Assembly: GCA_963928645.1 (NCBI GenBank)
Contig: CAWVGT010000109.1
Span: forward strand, 1-57,762
Origin: Candidatus Fimadaptatus sp.
GTDB taxonomy: Bacteria; Bacillota; Clostridia; Christensenellales; Aristaeellaceae
Direction of reading: 5' to 3'
Length of the DNA stretch: 57,762 bases
Under the pieces are notes generated by a model. It did no database searches. It had not been told where the DNA came from and was given only the letters and a program-made list of their open reading frames with translations. Made by a program: the position numbers and the translations under genes. Below are positions 44,317 to 52,636 of this stretch, one piece after another; positions within the stretch are counted from its first letter, which is position 1; every line of letters starts with the position of its first letter.

Positions 44317-45987
44317 TCATTTGCCTCCTTTGGTCATGTTCTGAAACGCGCTCAGGAGCGCCTTGGTGCTGGCGGTAATTACGTCGGTATCGGTGCCCGC
44401 GCCCCAGAACATATCTCCGTTTTCGCGCTCAAGTCCTATGTAGGATGCCGCGACGCTGCGCGAGCCCTGGCCCTGCATGCTGTGCTGGGTGAACACCTGC
44501 AGCGCGTACTCCTCGCCGGTGAACTCCTTGAGCGCGTTGTTTATCGCGTTGAGGGTGCCGTTGCCCTCGGCCTCGAGCTCGGTCTCTTCGCCGTCGCGCA
44601 GGAAGGTTATCGTTATCTTTACCGTGTCGTTCTCGCGCATGAAGTCGAAGTCGCTCACGCTGATGCGGCACGGCAGGTTCAGGTAGTTCTCGGTGAATAT
44701 GTCCAGCACCTCGTTGGGCTTGAGTTCCTTGTGCTCGCGGTCGGATATGCCCTTGCACATGTAGCTGAAGTGCTCGCGCATCTTGGGCGGCAGGTTGTAG
44801 CCAAACGTCTGCTCGAGCAGCGAGCCGATCCCGCCCTTGCCGGACTGGGAGTTTACGCGGATCACGTCCGCGTCGTAGGTGCGGCCGATGTCGGTCGGAT
44901 CGATCGGTATGTACGGCACGCTCCACTCGTGCAGCTTTTTGCGCTTGCGGTACTTCATGCCCTTGGCTATGGCATCCTGGTGGCTGCCCGAGAACGCCGC
45001 GAACACCAGCGCGCCGGCGTAGGGCGTGCGCTCGTAAACGTGCATGCGGGTGCACTTCTCGTACTCCTCGACCAGGTAGTTCATGTTCGAGAAGTCGAGC
45101 TTGGGATCTACGCCGTGCGAGTACATGTTCAGTGCCAGCGTGATTATGTCGACGTTGCCGGTGCGCTCGCCGTTGCCAAACAGCGTGCCCTCCACTCGCT
45201 CCGCGCCCGCCAGCAGCGCCAGCTCGGTATCGGCCACGCCGGTGCCGCGATCGTTGTGGGGATGCAGCGAGAGCGTCACGTACTCGCGGTACTTCAGGTT
45301 TTCGCTCATGAACTCTATCTGGCTGGCGTAGACGTGCGGCAGGCTCATCTCGACCGTGGCCGGTATGTTGATTATCACGTTGTTGTCAGGCCCGGGCTCC
45401 AGCACGTCCAGCACCGCGTTGCACACCTCCAGCGAGTACTCGGGCTCGGCGCCGGTGAACGATTCGGGCGAGTACTCGAACCGGAAGTTGCCCTCGTATT
45501 CGCCGGCCAGCTTCTTGACCAGCTTCGCGCCGTCGATCGCTATCTGCTTTATCTCGTCCTTTGACTTTTTAAACACCTGCTCGCGCTGCGCCACGCTGAC
45601 CGAATTGTAGAAGTGGATTATCGCGCTGGGCGCGCCCTTGCAGGCCTCAAACGTCTTGCGTATTATGTGCTCGCGGCACTGCGTGAGCACCTGCACCGTC
45701 ACGTCCGGAGGTATCATGCCGTTGTCTATCAGCGTGCGCAGGAACTCGAACTCGGTGTCGCTGGCCGCTGGAAAGCCGACCTCTATCTCCTTGAACCCGA
45801 CGCCCAGCAGCACCTTGTAGTACTCCAGCTTTTCCTCCAGGCTCATGGGGATGACCAGGCTCTGGTTGCCGTCGCGCATGTCCACGCTGCACCAGATGGG
45901 GGGATGCTCTATGTGGTCGCGCTCAGACCACTTGCTGTACTTAGTGTCGACGGGGAAATAGCCCACGCGGTACTTGGTCGAATCCAT
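44317..45987 (-). CDS. leuA: 2-isopropylmalate synthase, long (LeuA type 2) form
   Basis: Start trimmed to ATG 45985-45987 (MDSTKYRVGYFPVDTKYSKW...) behind AAGGAGAAG. It has WCSVDMRDGNQS, LSLHPHNDRGTG and a C-terminal LeuA dimerisation/regulatory domain. Confidence 0.93.
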   Translation of the reverse strand: MDSTKYRVGYFPVDTKYSKWSERDHIEHPPIWCSVDMRDGNQSLVIPMSLEEKLEYYKVLLGVGFKEIEVGFPAASDTEFEFLRTLIDNGMIPPDVTVQVLTQCREHIIRKTFEACKGAPSAIIHFYNSVSVAQREQVFKKSKDEIKQIAIDGAKLVKKLAGEYEGNFRFEYSPESFTGAEPEYSLEVCNAVLDVLEPGPDNNVIINIPATVEMSLPHVYASQIEFMSENLKYREYVTLSLHPHNDRGTGVADTELALLAGAERVEGTLFGNGERTGNVDIITLALNMYSHGVDPKLDFSNMNYLVEEYEKCTRMHVYERTPYAGALVFAAFSGSHQDAIAKGMKYRKRKKLHEWSVPYIPIDPTDIGRTYDADVIRVNSQSGKGGIGSLLEQTFGYNLPPKMREHFSYMCKGISDREHKELKPNEVLDIFTENYLNLPCRISVSDFDFMRENDTVKITITFLRDGEETELEAEGNGTLNAINNALKEFTGEEYALQVFTQHSMQGQGSRSVAASYIGLERENGDMFWGAGTDTDVITASTKALLSAFQNMTKGGK

Positions 45988-46080
45988 AGCTGCAACTTCT
46001 CCTTCTGCGCTCAGTAATCGGGAAACTGTGGCGCCGCGGGCGAACCCGGCGGCCAGGCGGGCCGCGCCCTGCCGGGCGAT

Positions 46081-46376
46081 AAAAAACACCCGTCCCAAAG
46101 CACGTGCTCGCTTTGAGACGGGTGAAACATACTTGCCACTCGCGGTACCACTCAAATTGCGGATATCCATCCGCCACCTCTTTGAAGTCAAACAACTTCT
46201 ATGCACTGACGTAGCATGCACGGGGCGCCCTACTTAACTCTCCGAAAGAGGTTCAGGAGCCCGGCTCGAAAGGCAGAGGACAAAGGGCTCGCGTGCCGGT
46301 TTGCACCAACCACCGGCTCTCTGGGACGCACTGCGCCTTGACCATTCTTCGTCATAGCCTTTGTGTTATTTAATTG
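46081..46376 (-). ncRNA. T-box leader (tRNA-sensing riboswitch) of the leuACDB operon
   Basis: On the minus strand: the T-box motif AATTTGAGTGGTACCGCGAG (46139-46158); the terminator CACCCGTCTCAAAG...CTTTGGGACGGGTG plus TTTTTT (46081-46124); and an upstream AGAGAG element followed by the hairpin CCGGTGGTTGGTGCAAACCGG, which fits a Stem-I distal region. Specifier candidates are CUC and CUU, but the codon is not resolved. Confidence 0.85.
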
Positions 46377-46382
46377 CTGACT

Positions 46383-46411
46383 ATTCTATCACGCGGAACC
46401 GGCGGTGTCAA
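46383..46411 (-). promoter_or_regulatory. Promoter of the leu T-box leader
   Basis: On the minus strand: TTGACA (46406-46411), 17-nt spacer, TGA-TAGAAT (TAGAAT = 46383-46388). Confidence 0.65.
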
Positions 46412-47430
46412 TGGTGATGATGAAAATTAACAGGATGGGGCAGCCCGCTCGTATTGCCTATTTGAATTGAGCTGTAAAGGTGTGGCACAGATGTGACTTG
46501 TGCAACATGCCAAGATGCGCCAGGCGCTGTTGTCGGATGTGGACGGCTCGCATCATGTCATTTCATGGCAGTGCACCGACCGCCCAGCCATCATTGCTCA
46601 ACCCTTGCCGCATGCGCCTATCAGCACAGGCGGCAGTCCCGCATGCAATCGAACCCAACTGCGACGCTCTCCATCTGGTCGAGCGACAGTTCGTCGGACG
46701 CATTGCTAAATGTCAACACACTCGGTTGCCCGGGGCAAGTGAGGGCTTACCAGTGGCTCGCCGTCGGTGATGGCCAGCTGTAAAGCGCCGCAACCAATGA
46801 GCTGGTCGAGTATTACATGAGTTGGCACTCCGACAGTTCGGCATTTTCCTGCGCACGCTCTTTGGCCTACGCCGTGGAGCAGTGCAGGCAGTTCAGATTG
46901 CATCGACCGGCGATGCTGATGCGCTAGCGGCTTGCGGGCAAAGGGCAGCCCTCGGTAGCGCTGCCGAGGCGTTAGCTGCGCGCCCGGCGACGCAGGCACG
47001 ATGCGCCCTGCCAGAAGCTGCGTGTAAACTGCGGGCGGCGCTTCATTCATGCTGTTATACCATCATGAATATATGCAATTGCCCGCTGAACAGTAAAATG
47101 GGCCTGCTGCCTTCGCGGATTCCAAGTATTGTAGGTTTTAAGGCTCGAATGGCGGTGTGCCATTGCGCATCCATGAAATTGGGTTTTCGATGCGATATGG
47201 CTCTGAGATTTTTGATGGTACATAATGTTGATATAAAACGCCTATCTGAACGTTCATATCGACTAGCCCAGGTATAAAGCGCGAACCTCTTGCCACATCA
47301 ATGACACTCAATAGGGCACAAAAACGGTTGACATTGCCGGCGGCAAATTCGAATATGCGCTCATGTATGCGCTTTAGTCCCGCGTGTCGACGTATCGGTC
47401 AAGCCAGTTAAGCCGTCCTGGCAAATAGGC

Positions 47431-47478
47431 CTTGTCAAAGGCAAACCCTCCCGCGCAACGCCCGATCGCGCAGGAGGG
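47431..47478 (-). terminator. Terminator after the GH-like gene
   Basis: On the minus strand, CCCTCCTGCGCGA-TCGGGCGT-TGCGCGGGAGGG (one mismatch) is followed by TTTGCCTTTG. Confidence 0.6.
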
Positions 47479-47489
47479 CCGTTCTCCGC

Positions 47490-49211
47490 TCAGTTCAGAC
47501 TCACCAGCCGCTTCTCACCGGGCGCCAGCGTGAGCCGCACAAGCTCGCGCGCACCATATGCGCTCAGGTCGAGCGCCAGCTGCATGTCACCTGCGCGCAG
47601 GTTGGCGACCTCGAGCGCGTCGTCCGCGATGCGGTATGCTATGCCCACGCCCTCCAGCCGCACCGAGGCGCCTGTGGGCGCGAGCGGCGCGAGCCTCAGG
47701 TCGGCGTCCAGCGCGGGTTGCACGCCCAGATAGTCGTGAATCAGCACCCAGGCGAATACGTTCGGGTATTCGTAGTAGTAGGCCGCGCCATGCCAGTTCA
47801 CGTCGCTCTGGTAGTAGACGTGGTTCATGTCGTAGCGCTCGCCCATGCGCCAGTTGTCGAGCTCGGCCTGTGCAGCCACATGCGCGAGCTGGCCGGCCAG
47901 CATGTCGCCGCGGCCGAGGCTGCGCCAGTACGCGGCGTCCCAGCACCAGTACCGCCCGGCAGCGCACAGGTCGTATGGGCCGCCGTCGCCAATCTCGCTG
48001 GGAGTGTAGTCCTGTATGCGTGCGGCCATGAACGTGGGGAAGCGCTGATATTCGGCCAGATTCTGCTCAATCAGCGCGGCTACGGCGCGGCGCTGCGCCG
48101 CGTCGCAGTAACCCATCAGTACCGGCAGCACGTTGGCCAGCAGGTGTATGTGATCGTGCACTTCGCCGTTGCGGTCTATCCAGTCCACAAAGCGCGCCTG
48201 GGACGCGTCCCAGAAGCCGTCGGGCAGCGGCCGGACGAGCTGACGGGCCAGGCGCGCCTCGAGCGTGCGGTAGTGCTCCGCCTGTGCGGCGCGGCCCAGC
48301 AGCGCCTCCAGCTCGCCCAGCTGCCCGAACGCATGCGCGGCCAGCGCCGCGGACATGCACTCGCTGCCGTCCTTCATCACCTGATCCTCGTAATAAACGT
48401 CCGACCAGAGCCGGCCGTTGCGGTCGATCAGGCCCTCGGTCAGCGAGGCCGCGCCCTCCAGCTCGGATATGTGCGCGCCCAGCCAGTCAAAGTCCTTGCG
48501 CAGCGCCACATACAGCCAGGCGCTCTGTATCACCTCGACATTGCCGGTTATCAGGAACATCTCGGCGTTCGTCCGGCCGTCAAGGCTGTTGCGGCGCACG
48601 TGGTACTCGCGCGAGCCGTCGCGCTGTATGGCGCAGGGGTTGCGGTACAGCCCGGTCGGATCCTCGCGCATCAGCTTGAACTCGAGCTCCAGCATGCGGC
48701 GCACCAGATCCAGGTCGAGCGCGCTGCCCAGCGCTATGCGGCCCTTGCACTGGAACTCGTGGTCGACGTCGGGGTATGTGCCGCCGTACACATTGGTCTG
48801 CAGCGTGGACAGCACATAGCCATCCGGGTAGCAGGGTTCAGAGCGCTCCACCACGCAGGGCAATAGCGTATCCCAGTAGAAGGCGGCCAGCGCGCGCATC
48901 AGCTCGGGCGCGCCGGGCAGATTCACGTCGATGCGCCCGCCGAGCGCGTCGGCGTGTGGAAAGCGGGGATGACGTTCGACCTGCGCTCGGGCGATGCGCA
49001 GCGTCAGATCGCCGGCGTAGGGCGCGGCGAGCTGCGCGTCAACAAGATGCAGCGCCGGCTCGCCGTCGGCGCCGGGTATCAGCCATATGTGTCCGGGGGA
49101 TTGCCGCGAGTCCCAGCTCTGCCTTACGAACCATTGAGCGCCGTCGCAGTAAACGAAGAATATGCGGCCGTTCTCAAGCCGCAGCGTGCTGTCCGTCAGT
49201 GTGTCGTACAT
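47490..49211 (-). CDS. Putative glycoside hydrolase-like protein ((alpha/alpha)6-barrel type, family not assigned)
   Basis: 573 aa with coding-like composition throughout. The Trp/Tyr/Asp-rich C-terminal two thirds (IHLLANVLPVLMGY, GRYWCWDAAYW, ERYDMNHVYY) recall six-hairpin glycosidases. Its position divergent from a LacI regulator fits a carbohydrate role. Function is low confidence. Confidence 0.55.
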   Translation of the reverse strand: MYDTLTDSTLRLENGRIFFVYCDGAQWFVRQSWDSRQSPGHIWLIPGADGEPALHLVDAQLAAPYAGDLTLRIARAQVERHPRFPHADALGGRIDVNLPGAPELMRALAAFYWDTLLPCVVERSEPCYPDGYVLSTLQTNVYGGTYPDVDHEFQCKGRIALGSALDLDLVRRMLELEFKLMREDPTGLYRNPCAIQRDGSREYHVRRNSLDGRTNAEMFLITGNVEVIQSAWLYVALRKDFDWLGAHISELEGAASLTEGLIDRNGRLWSDVYYEDQVMKDGSECMSAALAAHAFGQLGELEALLGRAAQAEHYRTLEARLARQLVRPLPDGFWDASQARFVDWIDRNGEVHDHIHLLANVLPVLMGYCDAAQRRAVAALIEQNLAEYQRFPTFMAARIQDYTPSEIGDGGPYDLCAAGRYWCWDAAYWRSLGRGDMLAGQLAHVAAQAELDNWRMGERYDMNHVYYQSDVNWHGAAYYYEYPNVFAWVLIHDYLGVQPALDADLRLAPLAPTGASVRLEGVGIAYRIADDALEVANLRAGDMQLALDLSAYGARELVRLTLAPGEKRLVSLN

Positions 49212-49744
49212 TGTGCGAGCGCCTCCTGAAGATGATGTTTACAGGTGTGAATGAGTATGTTTTGAATAAACGCAATGTTGAAACGCGGCATGATTGCGAA
49301 CCGGCGGCTCGTGTTGGATTCAAAACAGGTATGTCCGAGCGACGCCTTGCGTGCAAGCATAGCACTGATAGGGGTGATTGTCAAGGGCGACAAGGCTCGC
49401 AGGTCTGTGCACTATGTGTTTATGAGCAATCTGGACAGCGTTCCTGCAGATCAAATCGGGAGCTAATATGCCGAATTGGCCGCCGCGCATGGTTATGTTG
49501 AGGCTCCGGACTGATTTACTTATAGACGGATGCTCTACGCTGTTGGCCGATGCGATTTAATCATGGTGTAGCATGGTTATCACTGGATTTCCTTCTGGTG
49601 TTGAGAGCTCACATAGACACATGGAGAATAAACAAAAGCGCAATAATGCCGCAATTTCACAAGAATGCAGCCGCGCTCCGGCCCAAATTCGCCATAAATG
49701 CGCAAATCGACCCTTTACAAACGGCGCGGGTTGGGTTATACTGG

Positions 49745-49769
49745 TTATACGTATAAGTGATACGTATAA
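49745..49769 (+). promoter_or_regulatory. Two adjacent LacI-type operator candidates downstream of a TATACT -10 box
   Basis: TTATACGTATAA (49745-49756) is a perfect 12-bp palindrome with a central CG. It is immediately followed by TGATACGTATAA (49758-49769). A TATACT box lies at about 49737-49742, and the LacI start is at 49808. Confidence 0.5.
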
Positions 49770-49807
49770 GCACAGGCCCGCAAGGGCAGATGACGGGAGG
49801 CGCGGCG

Positions 49808-50842
49808 ATGCAAAAACATGGTTCCCGCAAGGCCGTGACGGCAAAGGACGTCGCAGAGGCGTGCGGGGTATCCCAGGCTACGGTGTCATATGTCATAAAC
49901 AACTCGGCCGGCGGGCGCATAAGCGAGGCCACGCGCCGGCGCGTTATGGACATGTCGCGCAAGATGGGCTACTGCCCGTCGCAGAGCGCGCGCTCGATGC
50001 GCATAAACCGGGCGATGGCGGTGGGCGTGGTGCTGGGCGGCAACAGCCTGTCGTTGGGGGTTTCGCGCGCGCTGCGCGGCATAAAGCGGCGCATGGACGC
50101 TGCAGGGTATGCGCAGGTGCTGCTCAGCGACGAGGACGACGTGCTGCCGGGCGTGGACTACCTGTCGGCGTATCGCGCCGGGCGGATAGACGCACTGCTG
50201 TTCCTGTTCCACGACATGCCCGACGAGCTGATCGAAGAGCTGCGCGCCGAGCGCGTGCCGTATCTGGCGCTCAGCGAGCAGGGCATAACCGGCGAGCAGC
50301 TCGCGCTGCCCAGCGGCTATGGCGAGGCGCTGAGCGACTGCGCGGCGCTGCTTAAGCGGCGCGGGTTCCGGCGCGTGCGCTACTACTCGCTGCAAAGCGG
50401 CGCGGTGCTGCACTCGCGCAAGTTCAACATGTTCCGCGAGGCGCTGGAGCGCGTATATCCGGAGGCGCAGCTCAGCCGCGTGGTGCTGCGTGCCGACGGG
50501 CGCAGCGACGAGGAGCTGCTGGACTCGCTGCTGGAGGACATACGCGTGGGCGAGTTTGAGGCGGCGATAACGCCGCACGCGCGGCTGGGCTGGATGGTGC
50601 AAAACGCTATTATGCGCGACGGGCTGTCCACGCCGCAGCGCATACGCCATATCTGCCTGTCCACCGCGCACCCGTTCACGCTGGTGTACCCTTCGATCAC
50701 AATGATAGACATACCGCTGGCCAAGCTGGGCGAGGTCGCGGCGGGCTATATGCTGGACATGCTCGCGCCGGAGCAGATCGGGGGCGACGCGGTGCCGGTC
50801 ACTGTGTCGTGCCGGCTCAGGGAAGGCATGTCAACGCTGTAA
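49808..50842 (+). CDS. LacI-family transcriptional regulator
   Basis: Start trimmed to ATG 49808 behind GGGAGG. The HTH is VTAKDVAEACGVSQATVSYVINN, followed by a periplasmic-binding-protein-like effector domain. Confidence 0.88.
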   Translation: MQKHGSRKAVTAKDVAEACGVSQATVSYVINNSAGGRISEATRRRVMDMSRKMGYCPSQSARSMRINRAMAVGVVLGGNSLSLGVSRALRGIKRRMDAAGYAQVLLSDEDDVLPGVDYLSAYRAGRIDALLFLFHDMPDELIEELRAERVPYLALSEQGITGEQLALPSGYGEALSDCAALLKRRGFRRVRYYSLQSGAVLHSRKFNMFREALERVYPEAQLSRVVLRADGRSDEELLDSLLEDIRVGEFEAAITPHARLGWMVQNAIMRDGLSTPQRIRHICLSTAHPFTLVYPSITMIDIPLAKLGEVAAGYMLDMLAPEQIGGDAVPVTVSCRLREGMSTL

Positions 50843-50884
50843 ACGGGCGCTGTTTATAAATATCGGGGGAGGATGCTTCCAGTT

Positions 50885-52636
50885 ATGAGAAAGCTGTTTC
50901 CGTACATCAGGCCGCAGCTGGCGCCGTTTGTGTGGTCCATGGTGCTCAAGGCCGGCGGCACGTTCACCGACCTGCTGATACCGCTTATAATGGGCGTGGT
51001 CATAGACAACGGCATAGCCACCGGCGATACCGACACGATAATACGGCTGTGCGTGCTGATGCTGATAGTGGCGGTGGCGTCGCTGGCGATGAACCTGGGC
51101 GGCCACTTCCTGTCGGCGCACGCGACCCAGGCGATAGGCGCCAACATACGCGACGCCATATACCGCCACATACAGGGCATGACGATAGCCTCGGTCGAGG
51201 ACGTGACGACCGCCTCGCTCATCACCCGCAACACCAACGACGTGGAGCGCGTGATACGCACGCTGCTGATGATGACCCGCTTTATGATGCGCGCGCCCAT
51301 CACCGCGATTGGCGGTGTGATACTGGTGCTGCTGATAGACCCGTGGCTGACGCTGGTGATGCTGGTGGGCATGGTGCTGCTGGCGCTGGCGTCCACGTCG
51401 GTATACAAGGTCACGCGCCCGATATACATGCGCGTGCAGCGCACCGTGGACCGCATGACCGCAGTGCTGCGCGAGAACCTGGACGGCATACGCGTGGTCA
51501 AGGCGTTCAACAAGCAGCAGTACGAGCTCGACCGCTTCGAAACTCAGTCGCATGAGGTGCGCCGCCAGGAGATGAAGGCCGGCACGTTCAACGCGTTCAT
51601 GAGCCCGGGCATAGCGTTCATATCCAGCCTGACCACGGCGGTGGTGCTGTACGTGTCGGGCTTCCGCATAGAGGCCGGCGGGCTGCAGATAGGCAGCGTC
51701 GTCACGATACTCAACTACATCAACATGGTGCTCAATGCCATGAACATGATACCGCGCATGTTCATGATGTTCTCGCGCGCCAATGCCTCGGCCGAGCGCA
51801 TAAACCGCGTGCTGGACGACGACGCGCACACCGATTACGGCACCCAGCGCGACGGCGTGCTGGACGACGACGGCAACGAGCCGCCGGTGCTCGAGTTCCG
51901 CCACGTCAGCTTCCGCTATCCGGGCTCGAGCGTGGACGCGATAAGCGATGTGAGCTTTGTGATACCGCGCGGTCGCACGCTGGCGGTCATAGGCAACACC
52001 GGCGCGGGCAAGACCACGCTGCTCAACCTGATACTCAGGCTCTACGAGCCCACGTCGGGCGAGATACTGCTGGAGGGCCGCGACATACGCGAGTACGAAA
52101 AGGAAGTGCTCACGCGCAAGATAACCGCCGCGATGCAGCAGTACAACATATTCGCCATGAGCATACGCGACAACATATTGCTGGACAAGCAGCTGGACGA
52201 GGCGCGGCTGGACAACGCCGTCGAGTCAGCGCAGATAGCCGATCTGATAGGCGAGCTGGACGGCAAGTACGACTATATGATATCGCAAAACGGCAACAAC
52301 CTCTCCGGCGGCCAGAAGCAGCGCGTGAGCGTGGCGCGCACGCTGTATCGCGACAGCGACCTGGTCGTGCTGGACGACGTGTCCTCGGCGCTGGACTACA
52401 GCACCGACCTCAAGCTGCGCAAGGCGCTGCGCGACAACTACGCGCACACCTCGGTCATGCTGATATCGCAGCGCATAGCCTCGGTGCGCAGCGCCGACCA
52501 GATACTGGTGATGCACAACGGCGAGTGCAAGGGGCTGGGCACGCATGAAACGCTGATAAGGGACTGCGAGACCTACCGCGAGATCTGCGCAACGCAGAAC
52601 GTAGAGGTGGGCGGGGAAGGAGCCGTGGCGGTATGA
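50885..52636 (+). CDS. ABC exporter, fused permease/ATPase (type I exporter half-transporter)
   Basis: It has a six-TM N-terminal half, then Walker A GNTGAGKTTL, the signature LSGGQKQR, and Walker B LVVLDD. ATG 50885 is preferred over 50873, which abuts the GGGGGAGG SD with no spacing. Confidence 0.9.
   Translation: MRKLFPYIRPQLAPFVWSMVLKAGGTFTDLLIPLIMGVVIDNGIATGDTDTIIRLCVLMLIVAVASLAMNLGGHFLSAHATQAIGANIRDAIYRHIQGMTIASVEDVTTASLITRNTNDVERVIRTLLMMTRFMMRAPITAIGGVILVLLIDPWLTLVMLVGMVLLALASTSVYKVTRPIYMRVQRTVDRMTAVLRENLDGIRVVKAFNKQQYELDRFETQSHEVRRQEMKAGTFNAFMSPGIAFISSLTTAVVLYVSGFRIEAGGLQIGSVVTILNYINMVLNAMNMIPRMFMMFSRANASAERINRVLDDDAHTDYGTQRDGVLDDDGNEPPVLEFRHVSFRYPGSSVDAISDVSFVIPRGRTLAVIGNTGAGKTTLLNLILRLYEPTSGEILLEGRDIREYEKEVLTRKITAAMQQYNIFAMSIRDNILLDKQLDEARLDNAVESAQIADLIGELDGKYDYMISQNGNNLSGGQKQRVSVARTLYRDSDLVVLDDVSSALDYSTDLKLRKALRDNYAHTSVMLISQRIASVRSADQILVMHNGECKGLGTHETLIRDCETYREICATQNVEVGGEGAVAV

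Noticed and set aside
41680-45564. 1294-aa ORF on the plus strand spanning the whole leuB-leuD-leuC-leuA region.
   Set aside because: It is exactly antisense to four confidently identified leu genes. Its translation is Arg/Ala/Gly/His/Val-rich low-information sequence with no recognisable domain. It stays open because the sense strand avoids TTA/CTA/TCA codons under the GC-rich codon bias. It is a shadow ORF.
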